37,522 bases of DNA from Eubacteriales bacterium (GTDB lineage Bacteria > Bacillota > Clostridia > Oscillospirales > CAG-272), in the NCBI GenBank assembly GCA_045656385.1, contig JAZORB010000219.1, forward strand, positions 1 through 37,522. The letters run 5' to 3'. Below, in pieces: positions 1 to 8,568 of this stretch. Below the pieces are notes generated by a model, which was not told the origin of the DNA, searched no databases, and saw nothing but the letters and a program-made list of their open reading frames with translations. Both the position numbers and the translations under genes were made by a program. Numbering within the stretch: position 1 is the first letter of the stretch; each line of letters starts with the position of its first letter.

Positions 1-255
1 AGAGCATTCCTTGATTACCGTGTGCCGATAAAGAGACCCAGAGTCGGCACTTTCGATACCGAGCTTGGAGAGGAATTCTTTGTTGCCTTTGTGCGTGAAT
101 CGAATATCTGCCTGCATCTGCGTAAGCTTGCGGGAAAGAATGCGCACCACATTCTCGAAGCTGCCTTCAAGGCGAGTGCAAGAGCCATGCGCGCGGCGGC
201 GGCAAAGGACAGCCGTTTCCCCGATGAGATACCCTCGAGCAAAGGAGTTCTTTGA
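1..255 (+). CDS. hisB: Imidazoleglycerol-phosphate dehydratase, 3' part (truncated by window start)
   Basis: Frame 1 is open from base 1 (RAFLDY...VGTFDTELGEEFF...GKNAHHILEAAFKA...IPSSKGVL). Contains the NxHHxxE metal motif and the PSxKG C-terminus, and precedes hisH. Confidence 0.95.
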   Translation, partial: RAFLDYRVPIKRPRVGTFDTELGEEFFVAFVRESNICLHLRKLAGKNAHHILEAAFKASARAMRAAAAKDSRFPDEIPSSKGVL

Positions 256-896
256 TGCTGTGCGTTGTTGATTACGGAGTAGGAAATCTCTACTCGCTTT
301 GTTCTTCGCTCAAGGCTGTCGGCGCGGAAGCCGTTGTCAGCGGTGACACGCAGGTGATAGCAAAGGCGGATAAAATAATTCTGCCCGGAGTCGGTGCTTT
401 CGGAGATGCGGCGGCTAAACTTCGCGAAAACGGGCTTGATAAGCTCATTATCGAGCGTGCAAATGCAGGAGTACCGCTGATGGGCATTTGTCTCGGCATG
501 CAGATGCTCTTTGATGAGAGCTATGAATTCGGATGCCACAAGGGGCTTGGACTCATCCCCGGTAAGGTCATTTCAATGGAAGGCGTAATTGCACCCGAGC
601 TTAAGATTCCGCAGATGGGATGGAACGCGCTTCATTTTCCGAATGCGGAGCTGAAGAAGTCATCTCCTGTTTTTCGTGATATTTCCGAGGGCGAATTCGT
701 TTATTTCGTTCATTCCTATTATGCTTCCGAGTGCGATGCCGATGTGGTCGCGGTTTGTGATTGCGGTGTACCGATAACGGCGGCTGTGGTTCGCGGAAAC
801 GTGATGGGATGTCAGTTCCACCCCGAAAAGAGCTCGAAGGCGGGACTTAAGATACTGAAAAACTTCTGTGAAGGTGATTTCGGAGGTGCAAGATGA
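255..896 (+). CDS. hisH: Imidazole glycerol phosphate synthase, glutaminase subunit
   Basis: VDYGVGNL, LPGVGAF, GICLGMQ (catalytic Cys) and QFHPEKS. ATG at 255 overlaps the hisB stop, with AAGGAG at 242-247 (TTG at 252 is an alternative start). Confidence 0.96.
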   Translation: MLCVVDYGVGNLYSLCSSLKAVGAEAVVSGDTQVIAKADKIILPGVGAFGDAAAKLRENGLDKLIIERANAGVPLMGICLGMQMLFDESYEFGCHKGLGLIPGKVISMEGVIAPELKIPQMGWNALHFPNAELKKSSPVFRDISEGEFVYFVHSYYASECDADVVAVCDCGVPITAAVVRGNVMGCQFHPEKSSKAGLKILKNFCEGDFGGAR

Positions 897-1621
897 GAAT
901 AGTACCCGCAATAGATCTGATAGGCGGAAAGGCTGTCAGACTCCTTCACGGCGATTATAACAAGCTGACGGTCTATGACAACGATCCGCTTGCTGTCGCA
1001 AAACGCTTCAAGGCGGCGGGAGCTGAGTGGCTTCATGCAGTTGATCTGGAGGGCGCGCGCGACGGAAACACTCCTAACATCGAAACCGTTTCCGCACTTG
1101 CAAAGCAGAGCGGGCTCAAGGTTGAGATCGGCGGCGGAATCCGATCTGTCGAAACGGCAAAGAAATATCTTGATGCAGGTGTTGAGCGTGTCATCCTCGG
1201 CACAGCCGCCGTGACCGACCCCAAAATGCTTGAAGACTGTCTGCGCGAATGCGAGGGCAGGATAGTGGTCGGAGTTGATCTTCGCGGCGAGGCGGTTGCC
1301 ATCAAGGGTTGGCTCGAGGAAGCCCCCATGAAGCGCGACGATTTCTTCAAATCAATGATTGAAAAAGGCGTGCGTGATTTCATCGTCACCGATATTTCGC
1401 GCGACGGCGCAATGAAGGGCACCAACGTGGCTCTTTACGAATATCTTTGCAAGACTTATGCGGGATGTAATATTGTTGCATCGGGCGGTGTGTCGTCATA
1501 TTCGGATATAGAGGCACTTTCAAAGATCGAGGGACTCTGGGGCGCGATCGTCGGCAAGGCTTGCTACACGGGCGATATAGACGTTAAAAAGGCTATCGAA
1601 ATGGCGGAGGCGGCAAAATGA
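893..1621 (+). CDS. hisA: ProFAR isomerase
   Basis: IVPAIDLIGGKAVRL, VDLEGA, IGGGIRS, TDISRDG and ASGGV. ATGA overlap with hisH. Confidence 0.96.
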   Translation: MRIVPAIDLIGGKAVRLLHGDYNKLTVYDNDPLAVAKRFKAAGAEWLHAVDLEGARDGNTPNIETVSALAKQSGLKVEIGGGIRSVETAKKYLDAGVERVILGTAAVTDPKMLEDCLRECEGRIVVGVDLRGEAVAIKGWLEEAPMKRDDFFKSMIEKGVRDFIVTDISRDGAMKGTNVALYEYLCKTYAGCNIVASGGVSSYSDIEALSKIEGLWGAIVGKACYTGDIDVKKAIEMAEAAK

Positions 1622-2385
1622 TAACGAAAAGAATAATCCCCTGCCTTGACGTGCGCGACGGGCGCGTGGTCAAGGGCGTCAACTTCGCCGATCTGCGCGA
1701 CGTTTCATCTCCCGAAGTGCTTGCAGAGTTTTACAGCGACTGCGGTGCAGATGAGCTTGTTTTTTATGATATTACCGCTTCCTCGGACGGAAGACAACTC
1801 TTTACCGATGCTCTTCGCCGAGTTGCCTCGAAGGTGTTTATCCCGCTGACTGTCGGCGGTGGCATACGTACTCTTGATGATTTCGACCGCGTTCTCAAAT
1901 GCGGTGCGGATAAGGTCAGCGTCAATTCTGGCGCGATCAGCGATCCCGATCTCATTTCGCGCGCGGCTGAACGCTACGGAAGCCAATGCGTCGTTCTCAG
2001 CGCCGATATCAAGCGCGTGGACGGCAGATTCACCCTTTTCAAGAATGGCGGTCGTGTTGACACAGGTATCGATGCTATCGAATGGATCGAGCGCGGTGTT
2101 AAAAACGGCGCGGGAGAAATCGTCGTTAATTCAATCGACACCGACGGTGTCGGCGGCGGATTTGACATCGAAATGCTTCGTGCGGTCAGCGAGGTCGCAG
2201 ATGTTCCGATAGTGGCATCGGGCGGTGCTGGAAGCATCGAGGATTTTATTACTCTTTTTAACACACTTCCGGGCGTTGACGCCGGACTTGCCGCAACCAT
2301 TTTTCATTTCGGCAAGATTAAAATACCCGATCTGAAGGCAAGCCTTCGCGATGCGGGAATTTCTGTGAGGTACACAAATGTTTGA
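1618..2385 (+). CDS. hisF: Imidazole glycerol phosphate synthase, cyclase subunit
   Basis: [40 protein letters not shown] and GADKVSVNS. Confidence 0.97.
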   Translation: MITKRIIPCLDVRDGRVVKGVNFADLRDVSSPEVLAEFYSDCGADELVFYDITASSDGRQLFTDALRRVASKVFIPLTVGGGIRTLDDFDRVLKCGADKVSVNSGAISDPDLISRAAERYGSQCVVLSADIKRVDGRFTLFKNGGRVDTGIDAIEWIERGVKNGAGEIVVNSIDTDGVGGGFDIEMLRAVSEVADVPIVASGGAGSIEDFITLFNTLPGVDAGLAATIFHFGKIKIPDLKASLRDAGISVRYTNV

Positions 2386-3028
2386 TATCAAAAATCTGAA
2401 ATATAATTCCGACGGGCTCATCCCCGCCATAATCACCGACGCAGCAGACGGCGCGGTGCTGATGCTCGGATATATGAATGCCGAAAGTCTCGGGATCACT
2501 CTCGAACAGAAGAAGGTCTGCTTCTTCAGCCGTTCAAGACAAAAGCTTTGGCTCAAGGGCGAGACTTCGGGCAATTTTCTCAACGTCGTTTCGATCAAGA
2601 CTGACTGCGATGCCGATACTCTGTTGATCACAGCAAAGCCCGACGGACCGACCTGCCACACGGGCGCGCGCTCCTGCTTCTTTGAGGATATCTACGAGGA
2701 CGATGATGCTGAACAGGCATTCTGCCTCGATGACCTTATGAAGCTGATTGAGGGCAGAAAGACCGATCCGAAGGAAGGTTCTTATACCACTTATCTCTTT
2801 GAGAAGGGCATTGACAAGATCCACAAAAAGGTCGGCGAGGAATGCACCGAGGTCATTATCGCAGGCAAGGGAGGCGACCGTGCCGAGGCAATATTTGAGA
2901 TCGCAGATCTGACCTATCACATAATGGTAATGATGACCGAAATGGGCATCTCGATCGACGAGGTTCGCGCAGAGCTTGCAAGCCGCCACGTTGTTGACAA
3001 GAAGATCAAGCAGGAGAAGATGAAATAA
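2378..3028 (+). CDS. hisIE: Bifunctional phosphoribosyl-AMP cyclohydrolase / phosphoribosyl-ATP pyrophosphatase
   Basis: HisI motifs [22 protein letters not shown] and CHTG..SCF, then HisE motifs SYTTYLF, KKVGEE and EIADL.YH. Confidence 0.96.
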   Translation: MFDIKNLKYNSDGLIPAIITDAADGAVLMLGYMNAESLGITLEQKKVCFFSRSRQKLWLKGETSGNFLNVVSIKTDCDADTLLITAKPDGPTCHTGARSCFFEDIYEDDDAEQAFCLDDLMKLIEGRKTDPKEGSYTTYLFEKGIDKIHKKVGEECTEVIIAGKGGDRAEAIFEIADLTYHIMVMMTEMGISIDEVRAELASRHVVDKKIKQEKMK

Positions 3029-3819
3029 TGGGTTATTTCAATTACCACACGCATACGACCTTCTGTGACGGTAAAAACACGCCCGAGGAGATCGTTCTTG
3101 AGGCGATAAGGCTTGGTGTGGATACTCTCGGCTTTTCGGGGCATTCACCTGCGGGCGGATGCGGAGACTACGCTCTGAAGGATGTTCAGGGATATTACGA
3201 CTGTGTCAGCCGCCTCAAGGACAAATATTCGGATAAGATCAACATTCTGCTCGGCATTGAGAGGGATATCTATGCTTACGACGATAATCACGATTACGAT
3301 TTCGTCATAGGAGCTTTTCACAATCTTCTGATAGACGGCAAATTTTTTCATACCGACCGTTCACCCGAGGTGCTGAAGGAAGGCATAGACGAGCTTTGCG
3401 GCGGCGACGGAGAGGCATTTGCAATTCGTTATTATGATTTTGTCAAGGATGTTGCGCGAATTACGGGCTGTGATATAATCGCGCATTGCGATCTTGTAAC
3501 AAAGTTCAACGGCGACGGAGAAAATAAGTTTTTTGACGTTCGCTCCGAGGCTTATCTTGCCGCGGCGCGAGAGGCGATCGAGGAAAATATTAAGTATTGC
3601 AAGCTCTTTGAGATAAACTCGGGAGCAATGGGCCGAGGTTGGCGAAAGACCCCTTACCCCGACTCCGCGATACTCGATATCATTCACGATGCGGGCGGCA
3701 AGGTGACCTTCGGTGCGGATTCTCACGCGAAGGAAACGCTGCTTCTCGGATTCGATCAGGCAGAGGAACTTGCAAAGAAACACGGCTTCGGTAATCTTAC
3801 AAGGCTTAAAATTAAATAA
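3028..3819 (+). CDS. hisK: PHP-family histidinol-phosphatase (HisJ/HisK type)
   Basis: NYHTHTTFCDG, GFSGH, LGIE, IIAHCDL, EINSG and GADSH PHP motifs. Last gene of the his operon, start overlaps the hisIE stop. Confidence 0.85.
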   Translation: MGYFNYHTHTTFCDGKNTPEEIVLEAIRLGVDTLGFSGHSPAGGCGDYALKDVQGYYDCVSRLKDKYSDKINILLGIERDIYAYDDNHDYDFVIGAFHNLLIDGKFFHTDRSPEVLKEGIDELCGGDGEAFAIRYYDFVKDVARITGCDIIAHCDLVTKFNGDGENKFFDVRSEAYLAAAREAIEENIKYCKLFEINSGAMGRGWRKTPYPDSAILDIIHDAGGKVTFGADSHAKETLLLGFDQAEELAKKHGFGNLTRLKIK

Positions 3820-3820
3820 C

Positions 3821-3851
3821 AAAAAGCCGAGAAATTTTTCTCGGCTTTTTT
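3821..3851 (+). terminator. Intrinsic terminator of the his operon (likely bidirectional)
   Basis: AAAAAGCCGAGAAA-TT-TTTCTCGGCTTTTT inverted repeat immediately after the stop. Confidence 0.88.
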
Positions 3852-3872
3852 AAATATAATTTCCGAAAATGC

Positions 3873-3899
3873 GGAACTTTTCACAACTTTTGGCGTCTA
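3873..3899 (+). promoter_or_regulatory. ECF sigma factor-type promoter
   Basis: GGAAC (3873-3877), 16-nt spacer, CGTCTA (3894-3899). Matches the AAC-N16-CGT pattern of Firmicute ECF promoters and lies upstream of the AAAGGAG RBS. Confidence 0.6.
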
Positions 3900-3933
3900 T
3901 ATAAGTGAATACCCCGAAAGGAGAATAATAATA

Positions 3934-4377
3934 ATGAAAAAACTTTTTGCTTTGTTGGCGCTTTTGCTTTGTCTTACATTGATTTCTTGCAATCCCGTTG
4001 TTCCCGAAAATGAGGAGACTGCAGAAGCTCCCGAAACCGAAGAAACTGCTGTTATAGCGGACACGACAGAGGAAAAGGTTATTCACATTCTTGTTGATTG
4101 GTCGGATTTTATCCGCGTGAACGGCGCGGTTTATGACGGTGGATGGGAAAACCGTGAGGTCGATCCGTCGCGCATTGGCGAAAAGCTGGGCGAGATACTT
4201 TATACCGTTAAATCTTATTATGAAAGTGAAGAAGAATTGAATCAAGCCGACAAACGCGATTTTACCGCCGCTTTCAGAGCGATAGGGTGTGAGATATTTG
4301 CTGTCAAAGACGACGAAAATTCGATTGCTGTGCTTGATCGTGGGAAATATTATCTTTATACGAGAAATGACAGCTGA
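3934..4377 (+). CDS. Lipoprotein of unknown function
   Basis: MKK plus hydrophobic stretch plus lipobox LISC, an acidic E/T/A linker, then a small globular domain. RBS present. Confidence 0.85.
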   Translation: MKKLFALLALLLCLTLISCNPVVPENEETAEAPETEETAVIADTTEEKVIHILVDWSDFIRVNGAVYDGGWENREVDPSRIGEKLGEILYTVKSYYESEEELNQADKRDFTAAFRAIGCEIFAVKDDENSIAVLDRGKYYLYTRNDS

Positions 4378-4434
4378 TTATTTCAATAAAATGTAAATTT
4401 GTTGCAATTTGATGCAAAAAATCAAAGATTTTTC

Positions 4435-4463
4435 TTGACTTTTGGACAATATAGAGGTATAAT
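4435..4463 (+). promoter_or_regulatory. Sigma-A promoter of the CofE-like gene
   Basis: TTGACT-N17-TATAAT with an AT-rich upstream tract. Confidence 0.8.
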
Positions 4464-4529
4464 ATATTGTAAGTTTCCTTTTTGAGATTTACATAAATTT
4501 GTATTTTACACCAAGGAAGGTGATTTTTT

Positions 4530-5720
4530 ATGGAAAGACTTATCGGAACAGTTTCAAGAGGCGTTCGCGCACCCATTATCAAGGCAGGCGATGATATCGC
4601 CGCTATCGTTGCGGACAGCGTTATTGCAGCTGCAAAGTCGGAAAATCTTGAGATTCGTGACCGCGACGTTATCGCGATGACCGAGTCTGTTGTTGCCCGC
4701 GCACAGGGTAACCTCGCACACATTGATCAGATCGCGGCAGACGTCCGCGCAAAATTCCCCGGCGGCGAGGCGGCTATCGTATTCCCCATTCTTTCGCGTA
4801 ACCGTTTTTCTATCTGCCTTAAGGGCATTGCAAAGGGACTTAAGTCCATTATTCTTATGCTTTCTTACCCTGCTGACGAGGTTGGAAACCATCTGATCGA
4901 CATTGATCTTTTTGATAAATCCGGAGTTAACCCCGTGACCGATGTTCTTACCGAAGAAAAGTACCGTGAGCTTTTCGGCTACCACAAGCACACCTTCACC
5001 GGAGTTGACTATATCGAATATTACCGCGAGCTTATCGAGTCTTGCGGATGCAAGTGCACCGTTATCCTCGCTAACGATGTCAGAGCAATTCTTAACTATA
5101 CAAAGCACGTTCTTTGCTGCGATATCCACACCCGTTTCCGCAACAAGAAGCTCCTTAAGGATGCAGGCGCAGAAACCGTTTACGGCATGGACGATATTCT
5201 TTCCGCACCCGTTGACGGAAGCGGATACAATGAGAACTACGGTCTTCTCGGCTCTAACAAGTCCACAGAAGAAGTGGTCAAGCTCTTCCCCAGAGATTGC
5301 CAGCCTGTTGTTGACGCTGTAAGAGACAAGATCCTTGCAGCTACCGGCAAGTGCGTTGAGGTCATGGTTTACGGTGACGGCGCATTCAAGGATCCCGTAG
5401 GAAAGATCTGGGAGCTTGCAGACCCCTGCGTATCTCCCGCATATACCGCAGGTCTCGAGGGTACTCCCAACGAGATCAAGCTCAAGTACCTTGCAGATAA
5501 CGAGTATGCAAACCTTTCGGGCGAGGAGCTCAAGGCTGCTATTTCCGAGAGAATCAAGGCAAAGGGCTCTAACCTCTACGGTCAGATGGAATCTCAGGGA
5601 ACCACTCCCAGAAGACTCACCGACCTCATCGGTACTCTCTGCGACCTCACCTCCGGTTCCGGCGACAAGGGTACTCCCATTGTATGGATCCAGGGTTACT
5701 TCGATAACTATACCAACTAA
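4530..5720 (+). CDS. Coenzyme F420-0:L-glutamate ligase (CofE)-like protein, true substrate unknown
   Basis: N-terminal GVRAPIIKAGDDI...DRDVIAMTESVVARAQG and C-terminal DLTSGSGDKGTPIVWIQG resemble the two ends of the CofE fold. 396 aa, with RBS AAGGAAGGTG. Confidence 0.8.
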   Translation: MERLIGTVSRGVRAPIIKAGDDIAAIVADSVIAAAKSENLEIRDRDVIAMTESVVARAQGNLAHIDQIAADVRAKFPGGEAAIVFPILSRNRFSICLKGIAKGLKSIILMLSYPADEVGNHLIDIDLFDKSGVNPVTDVLTEEKYRELFGYHKHTFTGVDYIEYYRELIESCGCKCTVILANDVRAILNYTKHVLCCDIHTRFRNKKLLKDAGAETVYGMDDILSAPVDGSGYNENYGLLGSNKSTEEVVKLFPRDCQPVVDAVRDKILAATGKCVEVMVYGDGAFKDPVGKIWELADPCVSPAYTAGLEGTPNEIKLKYLADNEYANLSGEELKAAISERIKAKGSNLYGQMESQGTTPRRLTDLIGTLCDLTSGSGDKGTPIVWIQGYFDNYTN

Positions 5721-5733
5721 TTGAATATCAATT

Positions 5734-5772
5734 AAAGCTCGGGAAACGCTGCGGCGTTTCCCGAGCTTTTTT
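5734..5772 (+). terminator. Intrinsic terminator
   Basis: AAAGCTCGGGAAACGC-TGCG-GCGTTTCCCGAGCTTT followed by a T run. Confidence 0.9.
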
Positions 5773-5969
5773 GCGTTAATTCTCCCTCGATGCCCGAAAA
5801 CTCCGGGGCGTCGGGGGCTTCTCTATATCACAAAATGTAAATAAATAACAATTCTGATAATAAAAAGGAATAGAAACACAAAATAGTAAAAATCATAGGG
5901 CTAAATAGCCCCCGGAGTAGCTTTTTGCGATAAAATTTTTGTGAATATTAAGAAATTTTCATAAAAGAC

Positions 5970-5998
5970 TTGATTTGAGTGCTTAAATGTTATATAAT
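5970..5998 (+). promoter_or_regulatory. Sigma-A promoter of the dcw cluster
   Basis: TTGATT-N17-TATAAT. Confidence 0.7.
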
Positions 5999-6010
5999 AA
6001 TGGCACCTAA

Positions 6011-6030
6011 AAGTGGTTAAGAATGGTTCA
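6011..6030 (+). promoter_or_regulatory. Putative MraZ-binding repeats
   Basis: AAGTGGTTAA / GAATGGTTCA, TGG-core repeats at 10-bp period just downstream of the -10 box. MraZ binds GTGG-type repeats with this spacing. Confidence 0.45.
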
Positions 6031-6169
6031 AAATACCGCAAATTGTTTGGGAATCCCATAGAATTTCCCACACAAATTGCCGGGTGAGAAACCGCTGGGC
6101 GCAAAAAACGGCTTCGGTGGAGTATAAAAACACCGTAGTGGCGCAAAATTTACGAGAGGAGAGATGAAA

Positions 6170-6619
6170 ATGGCAGGATTTGTCCCGATAATGGGCAGAG
6201 CTACCCATAATCTTGACAGTAAAAATCGAATTTTCATCCCCGCGAAGCATCGCGAGGCATTGGGAGCTAACTTCGTTATCTTCCCGAATATCAAGGATAG
6301 GCGTTCTCTCGTGATTTCATCCGTCGAGTACCTTGAGGAGCTTATGAACAAGATCAAAGAAAGCCCCAAGCTCACCGGTAAGGAAAAAGCCCAGATGATC
6401 AATTATCTCAACGGAAACGGCGACACTCTCACTCCCGATGCTCAGGGAAGAGTTGTAATCGGAGCTTCGCTTGTTGCATTTGCCGGTCTTGGAGGTCCCA
6501 CCGTTATCGACGGTTGCTTCGACCACGCCGAGATCTGGCCCGAGAGCGTATTTGTCGGAACAACGCCCGAGCAGGCTGAGTTCTTCGCACAGCGCTATGA
6601 AGAAGCTGATCTGATATGA
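6170..6619 (+). CDS. mraZ: Division/cell wall cluster transcriptional repressor MraZ
   Basis: Two DxxxR motifs (DSKNR, DAQGR) and the EIW motif, upstream of rsmH. ATG 6170 is best spaced from AGGAG (6164 is an alternative). Confidence 0.88.
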   Translation: MAGFVPIMGRATHNLDSKNRIFIPAKHREALGANFVIFPNIKDRRSLVISSVEYLEELMNKIKESPKLTGKEKAQMINYLNGNGDTLTPDAQGRVVIGASLVAFAGLGGPTVIDGCFDHAEIWPESVFVGTTPEQAEFFAQRYEEADLI

Positions 6620-7602
6620 GTAACATGAAAGAAATTAATCGTTCGGGTTCCCCTGCGGGCGGAGAATTGCCGACGTTTTCGCACAAGCCCGTATTGCTCG
6701 AAGAAGTCCTTGATGCTCTCTCCTTGCACGAGGACGGAATGTTCCTTGACGGAACTGTTGGCGGCGCGGGGCATTCGAGCGCCATCGCCTCAAAGCTTAC
6801 CACGGGCAAGCTGATCGCTCTTGACAGAGATGATACAGCGATTGCCGTAGCCACAGAAAGGCTTTCACGCTTTGGGGACCGCGCCGAGGTCGTCAAATCA
6901 AACTTCGCCGATATGGCAAAGGTTTGTGAAGATAAGGGAATCGAAGCTCTTGACGGAATACTCCTCGATCTTGGAGTTTCTTCGCATCAGCTTGATACTC
7001 CCGAACGCGGTTTTTCCTATATGCACGATGCTCCTCTGGACATGAGAATGGACAGAACAGCTCCTCTCGATGCGGCTTTCGTTGTCAATCATTATGAGAA
7101 GAGCGAGCTTATCAGGATCATCCGCGATTACGGCGAAGAAAAATTTGCCGGCAAGATTGCAGAGAAGATCTGCAAAAGAAGGGAAGAGCGACCGATCGAG
7201 AGAACGGGCGAGCTTGTTGAGATAATCAAGAGTGCTTTCCCCGACGGCGGCAGATACCTCAAGCACCATCCCGCAATGAGAACCTTCCAGGCGATACGCA
7301 TTGAGGTCAACGGCGAGCTTGAGATCATTGCAAAGACCGTAAAAGATGCTGTAAGCCTTCTCGCACCCGGCGGAAGACTTGCTATCATCACCTTCCACTC
7401 GCTCGAGGACCGCGCGGTCAAGGAAGCCTTCGCACAACTCGCGCAAGGTTGCACCTGTCCCCGCGATTTTCCCGTATGTGTTTGCGGAAATAAGCCGAAA
7501 ATAAAGATAGTCAGTAAAAAACCGATAGTTTCCTCGCCCGAGGAACTCAAGGAAAATCCCCGCGCGCACAGCGCAAAGCTCAGAGTAGCGGAAAAACTAT
7601 AG
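6616..7602 (+). CDS. rsmH: 16S rRNA m4C1402 methyltransferase
   Basis: HKPVLL, DGTVGGAGHS, DLGVSSHQLD, RGFSY, PLDMRMD, FQAIRIEVN, FHSLEDR and NPRAHSAKLR. Confidence 0.98.
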   Translation: MSNMKEINRSGSPAGGELPTFSHKPVLLEEVLDALSLHEDGMFLDGTVGGAGHSSAIASKLTTGKLIALDRDDTAIAVATERLSRFGDRAEVVKSNFADMAKVCEDKGIEALDGILLDLGVSSHQLDTPERGFSYMHDAPLDMRMDRTAPLDAAFVVNHYEKSELIRIIRDYGEEKFAGKIAEKICKRREERPIERTGELVEIIKSAFPDGGRYLKHHPAMRTFQAIRIEVNGELEIIAKTVKDAVSLLAPGGRLAIITFHSLEDRAVKEAFAQLAQGCTCPRDFPVCVCGNKPKIKIVSKKPIVSSPEELKENPRAHSAKLRVAEKL

Positions 7603-7621
7603 AGCTAAGAAGGATAGAAAA

Positions 7622-8512
7622 ATGAAAAAGACTCACAAAAATTTCAGAGTTGATTACAGTTCTGCGATAAAGTCGCTTGGAATCGGCGACGAGGAATTTG
7701 AATCGCTTAAAGATATACAGGCTGAGCTTGAACGTCAGGTGGAACGCGAAAGAAAGAGCGCATCCGAATATCCCGAATCATACAGACTTGCGGATATTAT
7801 GACTTCGGTAGGCGGAAACAATTACCGTAGCGGAGATGCTTGCGGCGTGCGCGTTATGACGCATGAGGACTATATGCGTATGATCGTAGCCGAGACAAGG
7901 ATCCCCGAGTACGGCAAGAACCCGCGCAAGACCTACAACGTTAATCCGCGCCCTGCAACCGTTTATAACGTGCGATCCTGCGGTGAACGCTCGGGCTCTG
8001 TGTGCGAGAGTGTTATTGCAGCCGACGGGCACAGCGTCGCGCGCATCGAATCTTCGGACACCACCATCTCAGGCAGCGTTACAAGATTCTTTGATCAGTG
8101 GTTCCCTCAGCACACCTTCCTTAAACCCGACAGAAGATATCGCAGACGCATGGCTTCCTCGGCGGCGGGTATTGCTTGGGTCATGATATTTGCTTTTGTT
8201 ATAGCGCTTCCGATCACTCTCGGAGTGCTCAAGAGCGAAGCGGGCTCGAACCTTACCGAAAAGCGCAATGAGCTTGCCGCTCTCGAAAGCATGGAGGCAA
8301 GACTTGAGGCTGAATACGAAAGCGGGCTTGATCTTCGAGAGATAGAATCGATCGCGGTCAACGAGCTTGGAATGATCAGACTCAATCAAAGCACTCTCAA
8401 GGTCCTCCGTCTCAATGATATTGACACGATTGAGAGCTTCTCCGACAGCAAGGAGGAATCTATCGTTCCCGCGCTTCTTAGCGCGCTGGGAATTCGTGTC
8501 GGTAACGAATAA
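7622..8512 (+). CDS. FtsL-like cell division protein with a long N-terminal extension
   Basis: Sits between rsmH and the PBP gene. One TM helix, a coiled coil, and LREIESIAVNELGM, which resembles the FtsL/DivIC C-terminal IExxAxxxLGM pattern. Confidence 0.65.
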   Translation: MKKTHKNFRVDYSSAIKSLGIGDEEFESLKDIQAELERQVERERKSASEYPESYRLADIMTSVGGNNYRSGDACGVRVMTHEDYMRMIVAETRIPEYGKNPRKTYNVNPRPATVYNVRSCGERSGSVCESVIAADGHSVARIESSDTTISGSVTRFFDQWFPQHTFLKPDRRYRRRMASSAAGIAWVMIFAFVIALPITLGVLKSEAGSNLTEKRNELAALESMEARLEAEYESGLDLREIESIAVNELGMIRLNQSTLKVLRLNDIDTIESFSDSKEESIVPALLSALGIRVGNE

Positions 8513-8568
8513 AAAAGAAAAACTCAGAATAAAATTTATACGACAAGGGAAGGCGCAATCGCTTTCCC

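Noticed and set aside
3028-3819. PHP phosphatase in the his operon as a novelty
   Set aside because: PHP-type histidinol phosphatases are established in Firmicutes.
7451-7486. CTCP...CVC cysteine cluster in RsmH
   Set aside because: Common in Firmicute RsmH, so not novel.
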